From Paramecium tetraurelia (taxonomy: Eukaryota): a stretch of DNA of 64,000 nucleotides. Where the stretch lies: assembly GCA_000165425.1 (NCBI GenBank), contig CT868474.1, positions 1 to 64,000 on the forward strand, given 5' to 3'. Below are positions 1 through 13,618 of the stretch, piece after piece; the first letter of the stretch is position 1; each line of letters opens with the position of its first letter. The position numbers and the translations under genes were made by a program. The notes under the pieces are model-generated. The model was not told the DNA's origin, did not search any database, and saw nothing but the letters and a program-made list of their open reading frames with translations.

Positions 1-48
1 AGAGCGCCTATTTGCGTTGCTCAAATAAAACACTTGTTCTATTTGCAT
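1..48 (-). CDS. 5' end of a gene running off the left edge (MQIEQVFYLSNANRRS...)
   Basis: ATG at 48 after an AT-rich spacer; frame open to the window edge; too short to classify. Confidence 0.35.
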   Translation of the reverse strand, partial: MQIEQVFYLSNANRRS

Positions 49-99
49 ATATATTTATTATTAATTTCAGCATTATAATATAATTGTTATTAATTAGTA

Positions 100-909
100 T
101 CACTCTCCCTATAAATAAATGGGCACCACAATAATATTAGTCATTAGTAGAGAGTTGACAATTCTACATATGATACTGACTCCATTTTTTGAAGTTTGAA
201 AATCCTAGTAATTTACAATCTCCAGTCCTGATTCAATTTCAAAAGAATTAAATATCCATAAGGTAAATTTGGGTAGTTAATGGGAGTACTTCACAAGATA
301 GTTCTGCATCCCACTATTTTAATACAATTAATATTATTTGAATTTATACAAGAGAGATTAACGCTATCCTTCTTAGAATCTATATTTTAGTGTGATTTTA
401 AATTCAAATTAAATTTAATTAATATTTTATTTTTGCATTATTTAACGTTAATGAAAATATTTATAAAGAAGAGCAAATTTAAAGTTAATCATACTATTTT
501 TTAAAAGCAAATTATGACCTACCCAATTTATAGAATCAAAAATCTGGTGGCAACAACATAGAATTGAATTAACTAAAAAAAGAACATCTTTGACATGAAA
601 ATGTAACCAAAATTTAAACATTTTTTTGACTTGAATTTGGTGCACGTGTAAGAGGTAATCTTTATGAGAAATTAAATAATAGTCTTAGAAAACAATTTTA
701 TAAATTTCTTTCTAAGCTTTACCGCACCATGGATTGTTTTCCTAAAATTAGTTGAGGATAGGAATGCAATAATCCATGTCTTATCCGTTTGATTCTACAC
801 GATTCAAAATAAAATAAACAAGGGAGTGTTTGATAATGGCATTGATCTTGAAACTCAGTAAATAACTGAAAAGACAATAATTACAATACACCATCGTATG
901 ATCCTCCAT
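100..909 (-). CDS. Hypothetical protein, possibly a decayed gene whose original start was near 1107
   Basis: 270 codons free of TGA in the ciliate code (contains track ORF 448-645); the upstream ATG at 1107 is cut off by in-frame TGAs starting at 960; no motif recognised. Confidence 0.3.
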
Positions 910-2305
910 TCAATGTGGATTTCACAACTTGATGAAGTTATGCTTGATCCTTCAACATCAATTCTGCTCGTAAAAAGAATGATAATGAAATATCTTAAGT
1001 TGATAACTACAGCTGATTTAAGAATTATATTAACTATTCATAATGTCTTTTTTTATTTGTTCTTCTTAAATTTGGCCATTTCTAAACATTTCAATTGCTA
1101 TTGACATATTTTATTAAAAATTTTATTTGGTTCCTAATTACAACTGACTTGAGTTAATTGATTTTAAAAAATATAACCTAATTGCTTGTTAAGAATTATA
1201 ACACTTTCTATTTTTTTAGAATTTAATACTAGATTCTCTAAAATATTAAAAACTTTATGAATTTAATTCAAAATGAAATTTTAATTGAGTTTATTTTATT
1301 AAAGTCATTTTTGTTGAAATTCCTCTTCATCTATTGAAATTTGAATTTAATGAAATCTTATAGTAGGAATGCAAATAGTAGTTGAAATTTAATTTAATAT
1401 TCAAAACCTTAGAGTATAACTGAACTTTTCAAAGTTCTATGATGTCAAATTTATGTTTATCTTAATATCTATTTTATAAAAATGCAATAATTAATATACC
1501 TTTAATGAAGTATATAATCTAAAGGTACAATTTGTCATTAATTTATGGTCTAAATAACTTCTTGATTTTCAAACGACTCGAATTCAGAAATATTATTTTT
1601 GTAATGCTTTCCTCAATTAGATAAATTATCAGTACAATATTTAGCACCACTCAAAATAAAGTAGGAGTTTTCTCTTTATAATAGTTTATGATTCCTCAGC
1701 TCATCAAATCTCTCTAAAACTCTTTATTTGTACATTTTTATTCAATAGATATTTTTATCATAAACATTTTTCTAATATTAAGATTGTTTACTCCTCCATT
1801 ATTCTCTAAAATACTCTGTGTCTCATGTAATGAACTTGCTCAAAAATTTTTCTCTATGCCACATTGCAAATTTGATAAATATATTACAATTAGTTGATCT
1901 TATTGCTTAGAAATTTATTGAAGGATGACAGGGTAAGAATTTTTGTTAAAAGAATATATCATTTTAATAAACTTCTAAATTAAAAATGAAATCGAATAAT
2001 GGATGCAAATATTGTAACTTCAAACTGATATAAACTTAAAAGTCATTCTAAATAACTAACAATTGTTTGAGAGCAACTTTGTTTCAATTAAGAAATTGAT
2101 TCTAATTTTACACAATTTTGTTTAATTATGGAAAGTTAGAATAATTCATTCTCAATGTTAAATAAATTTGGGTACATGTTTGAACCTACCGTTTTTTTGT
2201 TTATATAAATATCAGCAATGTCTGTTAAGTATAATTACACCTAATAATATAAATATCAAGAATATTTGAGAAAAGCCATTTATTTAATAAAAATAAAAGA
2301 AATAA

Positions 2306-5300
2306 ATGTATCAAAAAATCCCTATTACTTTGTTTAGAGTAAGCAAGATTGGTATAAAAAAATATGCAACCAATAAAGTCTAAACAAGTAAATACACTTG
2401 GTTTAATTTTCTTCCAAAAAACATATTAGAACAATTTACGAAACAAGCAAACTTATATTTTTTAGTAAAATATATTATTATATCAAGATTTTGGCAGTTT
2501 TATAAGCAATACCAATCATTTCAATATCAGATGGTTAACCTACAATATTGCTACCATTAATTTTCATATTAATTGTTACTATGATGAAAGATTTATATGA
2601 AGACACAAAAAGAAAAAAAAGTGATAGATAGGAAAACGAGAATACATGCCTTTTAGAATCAGGCTAAATTTTATAATGGCAGGATATCCGTGTAGGCGAA
2701 GTTCTGAAAGTAAAAATCTGATATAACAAGATAAGAGAAAATGAATAGTTCCCGTGTGATGTCTTGCTTCTAAAGAGTGTTCAAAAAACAGGGGAATGTT
2801 ATATTGAGACAAAAAATTTAGATGGTGAAACTAACTTGAAATAAAAAAAAGTTCCATAATACCTTTTATAATAAGGAGCTGAAATGCTTAATCATTTAGT
2901 AGTCGAATACGATATGCCTAACAATTAGCTATATAAATTTTCAGGCTCCTGTTATTTCGACTTGGATAAAAATTAAGAAAATGATATTTTTTCGCTCTTG
3001 AACCAAAAGGAGATTTTGAATGATAAATTAACAATTCTGCAATCTTAAAGGAATAAGGATTAATAAACAAATCTTTTAATATCCTAAGTAAGGACTCTGG
3101 ATGAAGAAATAGAAAGAATAAAGATTTTAAAAATTGCATTAGATAATAATAATACCATTTTAAGAGGAAGCATTTTAAAAAATACAAGTCACATTATTTG
3201 TTTGGCATTATATACAGGGCACGATACTAAAATAATGAAAAATACAATCAAAGTCAAATATAAATAAAGTTCGCTTGAAAAGTAACTAGGAAAAAGAATC
3301 ATATTTATTTTTCTTCTTTAGTTAGGTATTTGTCTTTTTTCTTCTCTATATTATTCTATATGGTTTAATGAACATTATGAAACATTGACTTATTTAGAAA
3401 TAAAAAAATCAGGTTATGTTGACAATTCTTTTGCCTACAATTTTTTTGTAAGATTGGGAAATTGGATATTGATGTTTGGGTATTTTTCATGTTTATATAG
3501 AAATCTTGTTCCAATATCTCTACTGGTAACTTTAGAAACTGTTAAATTTTGTCAAGCATTTTTGATTTAATTTGATAAAAAGATGAGTTTAAATGAATAA
3601 AGATGCTCAGTTTAATCCTCAAACTTAAACGAAGAATTGGGACAGATTAGGTATGTTCTCAGTGACAAAACTGGAACCTTGACAAAAAATTAGATGATAT
3701 TTAAAAAAATATGTATAGATGGGACTTCATATGGTAATGATTATCAAAATAATTCACCTATTGATTTTGTATAATTTGATGATTAAACTTTTGTAGATAA
3801 ATTAAATTAAAATGATCCTATTATAGAGAAAACATTATTATTAATAACATTATGCCATTCTGCAATAATTTAGAAAGTTCAAGATGAATTGTATTATAAT
3901 GTTACTTCTCCTGATGAATTGGCTTTATTAAACTTTGCTAAAAAATTTTAAGTCACATATAATGGGATTGATGAGAACAACATAATAACAATAAATTATA
4001 GGGGGAAGCAAAAATAGTTTTAATTCCTATATTTATTTGAATTTACGAGTGAAAGAAAGTGCAGTTCAATATTGGTATGTGATAAGGAAACAAATTTAAT
4101 TTATCTATTCTCAAAAGGAGCAGATTCTGTAATGTTAAAGAAATAACTACACTAAAATATTGAAAAATCTAAGAATTAGTTTAACAAATATATATCTGAA
4201 TACTCTGAAAGAGGACTAAGAATTCTACTTTTAGGGTATAAAGAAATACATTGGAGTGAATATGCTTAATGGGAATCTTTATATAAATAAGTAATAACTC
4301 AGATGGAAAACAGGCAAGAAAAAATGGAGGCCTTATAAGACTAGTTAGAAAAAGATCTAACAATCTTAGGGTTAACTGGGATTGAAGACAAATTGTAAGA
4401 TAACGTTGACGAAACAATATATAGTTTGAGATAAGCTGGGATAAATATTTGGGTACTAACAGGAGATAAAATTGAAACTGCAATCAATATAGCAATATCT
4501 TGCAAATTGCTTGAATAAAAGATGAATATTTAAATAATATAGCAACCGATATATGAAGATATAATTGCAAATTTAAAATAAAGTGATGCTTTTGTTGTCT
4601 CAGGTGAATGTTTGACGTTAATTCTGGAAGATACTGTTTTAGAGAATTTATTTTCAAAAATTACTGAAAAATGCTAGTCTGTTTTATGTTGCAGAGTCAG
4701 CCCATTATAAAAGCAATAAGTAAATAATAAATTTATTTGAAGGTAGTTTGTTTTGTAAGAAAATATTTTTCTATGTCATCATCCTTAGCAATTGGAGATG
4801 GAGCAAATGATGTCAGTATGATAACAAGCGCAAATGTCGGAGTCGGTATCTTTGGGATAGAGGGATAACAAGCAGCAAGAGCATCCGATTATGCTATTGG
4901 AGAATTCTAGTAATTAAGATAATTATTGCTGGTACATGGAAGAGAATCATATAGAAAAAATTCAGAGTTAGTTTTGTACAATTTTTATAAAAATGTGATT
5001 TTGGTTTTTCCATAATTCTGGTTTTCCATTTACAATAATTTTAGTGGATAAAGAATTTATGACAACTTAATTTATTAGGCTTACAACATATTTTATACTT
5101 CTGTGCCCATCTTAATTTTTGCAATTTTCGATGCAGAATATTCAGAATAAATGCTTTATTAAAATAAATACTCAACATATTCTATAGGATTAACAAGTAA
5201 ATAAAACTTATTATTAATTAGATAGTTGCTTTAATACATAATTGTTTATATTAATGTTAGTTAATTCAATTTACTCATCAATAATTATTGCGTTTTTTAG

Positions 5301-5711
5301 CATTTATATTTTTGATCAAAGCACTCATTAAGAAGGCCGATAATTATCGTTTTGGTACACTGGCACAGTAACGTTTTGGTTGGCAATTTTAATATCCAAT
5401 TTAAGAATAGTAATCATTTCAAATACTTGGTCACCAGCACATATATTTTTCTTACTTGGGATGATTGCTATGTTCTTCTTCACTCTTTTAATTTTTGATG
5501 ATTTTACTTCTTTTGACGGAGTGTATAAAATCTTTTTAAGGTAATTGATATATCCAATTTTAGTGTATTTAGATCAACAGGATTTTATTTAGTTTGCATT
5601 CTTGTAGTTGGTTCGACATCTGTTATAGATCATCTATTAAATAAATTTACTTACTTTAATAAAAAACTACAACCAATTAACAATAGAATATACTAGTTAG
5701 AATCGTAATGA
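2306..5711 (+). CDS. P4-type ATPase (phospholipid flippase, Drs2/ATP8A-like)
   Basis: [53 protein letters not shown] phosphorylation site, [32 protein letters not shown]; several short GT..AG introns. Confidence 0.95.
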
Positions 5712-5749
5712 AATTGATAAAAAATATGATAATAAAATAATTAAATATC

Positions 5750-6909
5750 TCATGAGAACACTATCTGTTGTTCTTTCTGGTTAGCGGAAGCATTTATATC
5801 AATTAATAATTATTCATAAACTCCTTTTGGATTTTCAAAATTAAGTTAATGGCCTGCATTCTCAATTATCCTAATATTGATGTTATTTTTATTCTTTGCT
5901 AAATTATATGCCCCTTTTTTGTCCATCCAATCTTGATCACCAAAATAAAAATAAATTGGAATATCATAAATATATTTTGTATGCTTTGTTAAAATATACT
6001 CTATTGAATCCCACCCTTTAGCTATTACTCTTGGGAATTGCAATAATAAAAATAGCGCCTTTTCTGAACCATCAGGTAAAGCTAACATTTCATCTATATA
6101 AGTTTGCCATACTTCATACTCTCTTCCTTCTAAGGACATTCGTTTTTTGAGATATTTTTTAATGAAATAATTTCCATACCACTTATCCTTAAGTTATTAG
6201 GGTGTAATTTGTTCACTCCACTTTTTGTGAGCATAATTGAAAAATATTCTCTACAGAAATGGGTACTTTGAGGTATCTTGTAATTTTCTAAATTAATTAA
6301 TCTTATACTTGATCTCGCTATCATCATAATATGTTCCTCCTGCAGGACTTAATAGAAATAGCCTTGAGAATAAATGGGGCATTCTTGTGAATAAATGAGC
6401 TGCTAAAAATCCACCGAATGAATGACCAATTAAAATTATTTTTTAATCCCTAATAAAATTCTCAATAAATTATGATATTGTTCCCATAAAGAATTCGATT
6501 GCATCTTCGTATGATTCCATTAAAATATCTGATTTGCTTGAGTATCCCATCCCTGGCAAGTCAATTGAATATATTCGAAATTTTCTAATTAATTGTTCGT
6601 AAATCCTACAATAATGAACATTCGATCCTCCATACCCATGAAGCATCAAAACTATTTCCTGTAAAATTATGATGAAATAGAACCTTATCAGACTCCCCTC
6701 CACAAAATGTGTGAATTTAATACAATTTTCCTTAATATTTAACTTCATAATCATATAAGAAGCAATTCAATCCAATTTTAATATCTAAATTGATAATTCA
6801 TACGGATACTGTAATGTTCAAGCAAATTTATCTCCTTTTTCCATCTCAATTCTTTTTTCTACTCCTCTGTCAATTAAACTGAGGAGGATTTACAACTACA
6901 ATTTAACAT
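5750..6909 (-). CDS. Alpha/beta hydrolase, ABHD4/ABHD5/Cld1/Ict1 family lipase
   Basis: LHGYGG, DLPGMGYS, nucleophile elbow GHSFGG, LLSPAG, FGDQDWMD, AGHQLNFENP; two 25-nt introns. Confidence 0.9.
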
Positions 6910-6963
6910 ATTATAAAAAATTAAAATATTATATAATTTTTAAAATCTATTGTTAATATTAAA

Positions 6964-9900
6964 TCACATAACATTGTATTATTTCAAATTTTAAGACTTC
7001 CTTTAAAAAGTTTTGACACTCATAATTTATCTTACACCTTGCTAATTCTGTGGATCAATTTCTCTAATTTATAATATTGAATTCAATAATATGTTGTCTG
7101 CTTGAGTTAAATGAGATAATGTTGTTGGATAGTTAATTTTTAGATAATGTAATATATTTTAAACTATCTAAGTTTGTTGTGTTTATGACATAATTTAGGT
7201 AGATTCAAGATCAACTAGGTTTTATTTTTCAATTTGGTTTTCTTTTTTGTAGTGTGACATCTCTTTCAAATGTACCTCTAATTGATTATCTTAATATTCT
7301 AGATCAAAACTTGGAATCGTTTTTTCCTACTTTACTATGGAGATATATTTTACTTATGAAGACAAATTTTGATTCCCAATCTTTTAATAAAAAGTGATTT
7401 TTTCTATATAAGCAGCATATTTATTGAGGAAATTATTGAATAATTATTCAATTATTGATTATCTATGTTGTTCTTCGTAAAGAAGATTTGAGTTTAAAAT
7501 TAAAAAGTGAATAATAATGAAATAAAACTTATAATTGTATACAGTTAATGCTCTTCCAAAAGTTAAATTCAAATATCCACTTGTGTTAATAATAATTTAT
7601 CTTAAATGGGTATTTAACAGTTTAGAATTGTCTATAATTACTGGCATAAAAATTGAAATAAAAGTTTTTGGTAAAATTTCTTTTTATTATAATTAAAGTG
7701 AAAGTATATTGTAAAATTATTCTGTTAACAACAAGCAGCATTCGTCTAAATTATAGAATTGATAAAATTGCTGAATCAAAATAGAAATTCTGATATTATC
7801 TTCAATGGAATTATTTTTTTAAAGTTCTGAATAAACAAATTTTAGCATCTAAGAAATCAATTAAAATATATACTATAGATATCCACTAAGGTTTTGATTT
7901 AACAACCTCAGAGGCATGAATTGTGCTTTGCAAAAATAGTTTAAAAACACTTTCGATGGTTAATTTTCCTTCTTTTTCAATAATAGCAGGTAAACTATCA
8001 TAAATAATATATATTATTTCTGTTAAACCCTTTGTATATGAAATGAATTTAGAGCAAGCATCAAAGATCTCATCTATAAACAATAAGTTTTCTGGTTGCA
8101 ATAAATAATTCAAAATTTAATTTAAAGTTGGTTCTATTTAGGCCTATTAAATAGTCTTAATAAATACCGTATATTTTAGAGTGTATGGCTGAGATAATAT
8201 TATATCTATAATTTTTATGCAACTAAAGACAATAGAGGTGTGATTAACATATTATGTCTGATTTGCCTTGATCTTTTTACACCCAAAATCAATTCTTCTT
8301 GCTATTGATTTCATTATGTCATCAAGGTAAGTATCCACAATTTCATTGCAATTCTAGACAACAATTGCAGCAAATTCATAATATATATCGAGTTCGCATA
8401 ATGCTAATTGATCACAAAATTCAAAATGTTGGAATGCTATTGAGTCTTCCATCTTAAGTTAAACATCCTAATTCTATATTAGATTAATTAGGCATTTAAC
8501 AGCAAATAACTTCACACCTCTTTTTTATTTAGGTTAGTTTAATATTCTAAAACAGAACTTTATGCATTTTTAAAAGGATTTCTCAGAGTTTGAAAATATT
8601 GATGGTAACACAATTTTTATGAATTCCATTCCCAAACACTTGCCAAGAGCATCAGCCTTTTTTTTCATATACTTTAAGTTTTGCTTCAAAAAGTATTCAA
8701 CACTTTATCTAACATCTTTTCTTGTAGTAAGCTATTTATTTAAGATACAAAATGATAGAATTATTGCATTATATCTTAAATCAGGCGGGCAAGTAAAGAA
8801 CTTACATTGAATAATTTCTGTTTGTAATTTGTTGCATAAATTTGTTTCTTAGATCACTTCAAAATGAAATAACAATAATTCATAACACATATCATAATAG
8901 TTCTTTAAGAATCCATCTATATTTTTGGAGAGTTTATCCAAAATTTATGCGATTAAACTTTTGATTGTATCATTCTAACTAAATTAATAATTTTTACATC
9001 TAATTTAATTATGGCTTATATATATTCATAAAAGTCTGTAGTATTTTCATAAAAGTTTGAATTTTCTTATTCGTCAAATATTAGGTTATCAAAAATTAAA
9101 TTGAATAAAAGCTGATGCTGATTATTGTAAAAGAATTCATAAGAAAAGGAATAATTCAAACATTCATTTACAAATTATAACACTGATAAGGATGTTGGGT
9201 GATCAAATTTTTTTTCCAAAAATGATTATATAAGTAATGGTAATATTTGATTAGTTAATTAGGCTAAGTAGGGTATCTATACTGAATCAAACTTTAATTG
9301 AGCTTGGACTTAAGATTAATTTTTTATGAGTATGCATAAAGATTTAAGCAAGTTTGAAGTAATGATGTTTTCAAGCAATAAATACTTTGAAATAAATTTT
9401 AATAAATGTTAATCTTGTGATAATAACAATAATTTTTCTTGTTAATAGCAGTTGTATTTTTAAACGCAGATAACTATTATACTGCTTAATGTTTTTCCAA
9501 TATGGATATCAATGCTTGAGTAATCAATGTATTAGAATTATTGAAATATTTGTTCTACAATAACCTACAATTATTAATCCAGAGTTCTAATATTAAATAG
9601 AAATCTTAACAATTGGTCCAAAATAAATAATATTGATGTGATAGATGTTGACATTTATTGATGATTTACTAAGGATTGTGACATTTATTGCAATAAAAAG
9701 TCAAATAATTCATTCTTTTCTTAAAATGCTTCAAAAACCATTCCAATAAGATGGGACATAAGTTTAATATGAGTTTTGTAATATTTAATTCCTAAATGTA
9801 TGGATAAGGAAAAAATAATTTACTAATCTTATTCTGATGTAATTTGAGAAAGTTTCTTTAATTACATAGTGGCAAAAATGACAAGTTGCTTGAACCTTTG

Positions 9901-10134
9901 AGAATTGTATTTTTAAGGATTCAACTACATAATTGAATCAAAGTGATAAATCGATCTAATTATCATAATTAATTTTAGTGAGAAATTGTTCTCCATGTAT
10001 AATTCAACAGTTTATAAATTTTCTTGGTTAGAATAAACCTTGGCGATGTAATCTAAAAGTTGATCCAATTCAACCACAGACAATCCTTCTGCAACTGGAA
10101 GCGTAAACAATTAGAGTAAATAACTTTAATTCAT
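6964..10134 (-). CDS. Large HEAT/ARM helical-repeat protein, importin-beta family-like (importin-7/8-like)
   Basis: 3171 nt ATG..TGA, 1057 codons, consistent with a single exon; amphipathic helical pattern (NYLLQPENLLFIDEIFDACSKFISY); family call is by resemblance only. Confidence 0.6.
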
Positions 10135-10307
10135 GATTATAATTTAATTAAAATATTTTACATAAAATTTGTAATATAAAAACTGATATAATTTGAGAAT
10201 AAGGAGCTTAGAGCAGAAATTTAAAGGACCTCATTCTGAATAGCTATAAATTTAAAAGTTAGCTTTGAAAAATATAATTTATAATAATTTGCTTTATGTG
10301 GGTTATA

Positions 10308-12210
10308 TCAATGCGAATACCATTTTGGCTATCCATTAGCATCTTATATAACTAGTCTTCCATCATCCTACAAAATCAAAACAAAAGGAGGAGCATAGTT
10401 TCCAAAGTTTTACCCAGTAACCCAATATGGCATGCCTTTTGCATCTATCATTTATAATTCTCCTCCTGATTGATCAAACTTCAACCATACCGGGGGGATA
10501 GGTTGTCGGTTGAAATTTATAGCCTAATGTTATTATATTTATAAATACCGAAAAAATTGGTTATCTTGTCTAATTATGGAATATGAATAATCTGCCATCA
10601 TGAAAGAAAGATAAAGTAAACTATTAATTTGGACTTGTTAACATAAACCCTGAGACCATGGTTTTATTCGATGAAATGATATTTTAGTCATCATCCAACC
10701 ATCTTAACCTGTTTCCATGAGCCCAAACTCCCTTTTTTTTCCCTCCATTTACAAAAGTCCATTCACTAGATATTTAAATATTAATACCCATTTCCATGCA
10801 TATTGTTATCAACCCATTATCCATCATATTGCTATCTGTTGTTCCAAACCTGTTTACCTTATCCATTTTTTTTCCCATTTATAAATTGGCCTTCATATCT
10901 AGAATCCCCAATTACTAACACTCCCATCCCATTATACTAAAAATATTAAAATTCTCTAATACTTAATCATTAGCCCAATAACCTTCATAGTACCCGCCAT
11001 AACTAAATTAGAGTCTACCTTAACCATGTTTAAAATTATTCATCATATCTCCTGAATATTGATCACCATTTGGGTAAGTGAAATCCACTCTACCATTCAT
11101 AGGCTATTGAGCATAGCTATTTTGATATCTAACTTCATAATTTTGAACGAATTAATTCAATTATTAAGGAAGAACTTATTATTATTATTATTGTTATTAT
11201 TATTATTATTATTATGGCTATTAATATTATTAAAGTTATTATTAAAAGGATTCCTTTGTAGGAGCTTCTGTTGATTTTTACTCCTTTTACAAATAATCTT
11301 AAGGTTTCGATGTCTTGAAAGTGCATTGTACCTCTACTTCACCTACATTTGAACCGTCATAAAATATTGTAACTGTTTACAATTAATTCTCTTTTAGTGA
11401 TAATGAATCAGTAATTGAGGCATAACCTATAAGATTAATAAATTTCTTACCGCATCCTAAGAAATCATTCCATCCAATCAAGGACTCAGCCCAAACTTCT
11501 ATGTATAAAGTATCCTCATCTGTTTCTCTTGTAAATATGATTTCGTCATTCCATTTCGGTGTAGTGTGTCCAGCAGCATCAACAGAAGTGTTCATAGTTT
11601 CATTACCAAAATGAATAGTTAAGAAGGGATCCATTTTTAATAATAGGTTGGTATTCTTCTTTAATCGACCAAATTTTGGTTTGACAATGAACTTTCCTTC
11701 TGTATCTGGAGCCTTGATTTCTGGTAAATCTTTTCCAGTTGGATCTAAAGTAAATGTAGCTTCCAAACTGATCTCACCTGCTTTTTCACCATTATGAAAA
11801 AGTAGAAATGAAATTCTTTTTGGTTCATTATTTCCTTATCTTATAGAAGTCAAAGAAAATGCCCCTTCCCCAATAAGAATGTCAGAGGTTATAGTATTTT
11901 CACACCAAACTTGCCCTATGATTACATCTTGTTCTCCTAACAATTTTTAAAATGTGTGTGTACACCCTTCCCATTTTCTATTTAAAAAATAATAAGAAAT
12001 ATATATATACGGGTGTTTTCCCCCTTCCTTTGCAACAGGAGTCTTAAACTCTTGTCTTCCCATTATTAATTTGACGTAAGGATCCATAACTCCTATGAAT
12101 CTTACATCTCTCTCTAATAATGCATGCTTTATAGTCAGAAAAACTGGTCCTTTGAAACCTGGTGCTCTATTTTGTTCAATCACTGCTCCGGCGCTACTAC
12201 CACAACCCAT
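10308..12210 (-). CDS. N-acylated C2-C2 / polyQ / MORN-repeat / bulb-type (B-) lectin domain protein
   Basis: MGCGSS N-terminus; two C2 domains (MDPYVKL..PKW, MDPFLTI..PKWND); TAA-encoded Gln tract; MORN repeats (YSGDMMNNFKHGQG, YEGYWAND, YEGQFINGKKNGQG, YDGQWVDNNMHGNG); C-terminal LTSPNQQFTLSFFHDGRL..LILQDDGRLVIQDANGQPKW; 5 introns. Confidence 0.85.
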
Positions 12211-13018
12211 TAAGTAAAGTAATATATTTTATGAATAAATTAGATAATTTTGTTTGAAATAGTGAAAAAAATAATAATTGCATTAAATCCAATTATTACG
12301 ATTCTATTATTTCAATTTTATATTCCCTATTATTGACACTTCATTCAATCTATAAAAGCAATGATGAGTAACACAAATAGGGTTAGCTAGTTTAATTAAC
12401 ACAAATTAAAAATAAAAATTATTATTATTATTGATTTATTATATTAATGTCATTGGCTTTTATTTGCAGAATATATGCAAATTCAAATTTAATCTTTTTA
12501 TCCTTTAAATTATTGGTATAATTCTTTTTCGAAATTCTATAAAATTCCAAAAATTAACCAGATAATAATTTCCTCTAATAGTCATTCATTGACAATATTT
12601 TCTATCTGATTGCTCATATTAATAGATTAAATGATAAAATCTATAATCTCTAATGATGATGCCTCATTTTGAAATGAGGATGATCTCGAAATTCTTTAAA
12701 TTTGTTATTATTTCTTATCAAAACTTTCATTCACTTAGAGTAAACTTCATTTTTGCTCATATATCTTTTACTCTCTCAATTATTATAGTTCTCATACACA
12801 ATTACTAAAGCCAGTCCCTCCTATTATCTTTGTAATAATGTAAAGAATATTAATTTATCTACTACCTTAAACAAAGTGTTAGGAATTAATAAAAGCGTTT
12901 TAATAGATATAATCATGTTTCCAAGCAAATTAGTTCTAACTACTCTATTCTAGTTGATAACTTTACTTTTCTTAAAAACTCAAATTTAGAATTATAAATA
13001 TTAATGAATATTGAATAA

Positions 13019-13213
13019 TCAAGATGAGAATTTGCCTGTTCTATTCCAATTATCAATAAGTCTTGCCTTCTCCTTTGAAATACATTCCAAGAGCTCTCGA
13101 TGATATTATTAACATAAATTAGGATCCTAAGCTGATTCTTAACAAGATTTCATTCTGCATCCAAGGGGTTTGCATCTTTATTCTGCTAAATGGTGTAATC
13201 TGACTATATCCAT
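13019..13213 (-). CDS. Small twin-CX9C protein, CMC4/p8-MTCP1-like (mitochondrial intermembrane space)
   Basis: 64 aa: MDIVRLHHLAEQRCKPLGCRMKSCQESAQDPNLCQQYHRELLECISKEK...; C-x4-C-x4-C then C-x9-C. Confidence 0.7.
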
Positions 13214-13343
13214 CGATCAAATGCTATATATTATTTATATTATAATTAAATAAATAAACACAATTAAAGTATATATATAATAAATTATAATATAAAGAAA
13301 AATAATGAATTATGCATTAAATGTATGTAAAATTATAGAATAA

Positions 13344-13596
13344 TCATGCATCTGTTTGAGTTTTTTATCTCCAAGTTTTATAATCTGGATCATACATGAA
13401 ACCTTTTTCATTTGAAAACATGTAATCTATTAATTAAGTTTGAGAATGATATCATACCTATCATTAACACTATTCCAAACATAAATGAAATAGTTAACCA
13501 AGCAAATCTAACAGCATCAATGGTCACAGCTGCAAATAATAATGTGATTAAGACGATCGTGAAAATAAGCGATTAGGAACATGAACAGCACGCCAT
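13344..13596 (-). CDS. Small two-TM membrane protein (73 aa) of unknown function
   Basis: MACCSCSQSLIFTIVLITLLFAAVTIDAVRFAWLTISFMFGIVLMIDYMFSNEKGFMYDPDYKTWRQKTQTDA; one 31-nt GT..AG intron restores the frame. Confidence 0.75.
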
Positions 13597-13618
13597 TTAT
13601 TATTAATATTTATTATTT

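Noticed and set aside
11165..11245. (TTA)n microsatellite and the poly-Leu / poly-Ile ORFs in the track
   Set aside because: It is the TAA-encoded polyQ linker of the minus-strand C2-MORN-lectin gene; the track ORFs are wrong-frame artefacts
12360..12410. ATGATGA box C-like motif and a 10-bp direct repeat TAACACAAAT
   Set aside because: No box D nearby; short repeats are expected in DNA this AT-rich
12440..13010. Open frames of 70-120 codons on both strands
   Set aside because: With TGA as the only stop such lengths arise by chance; no motif or consistent gene model
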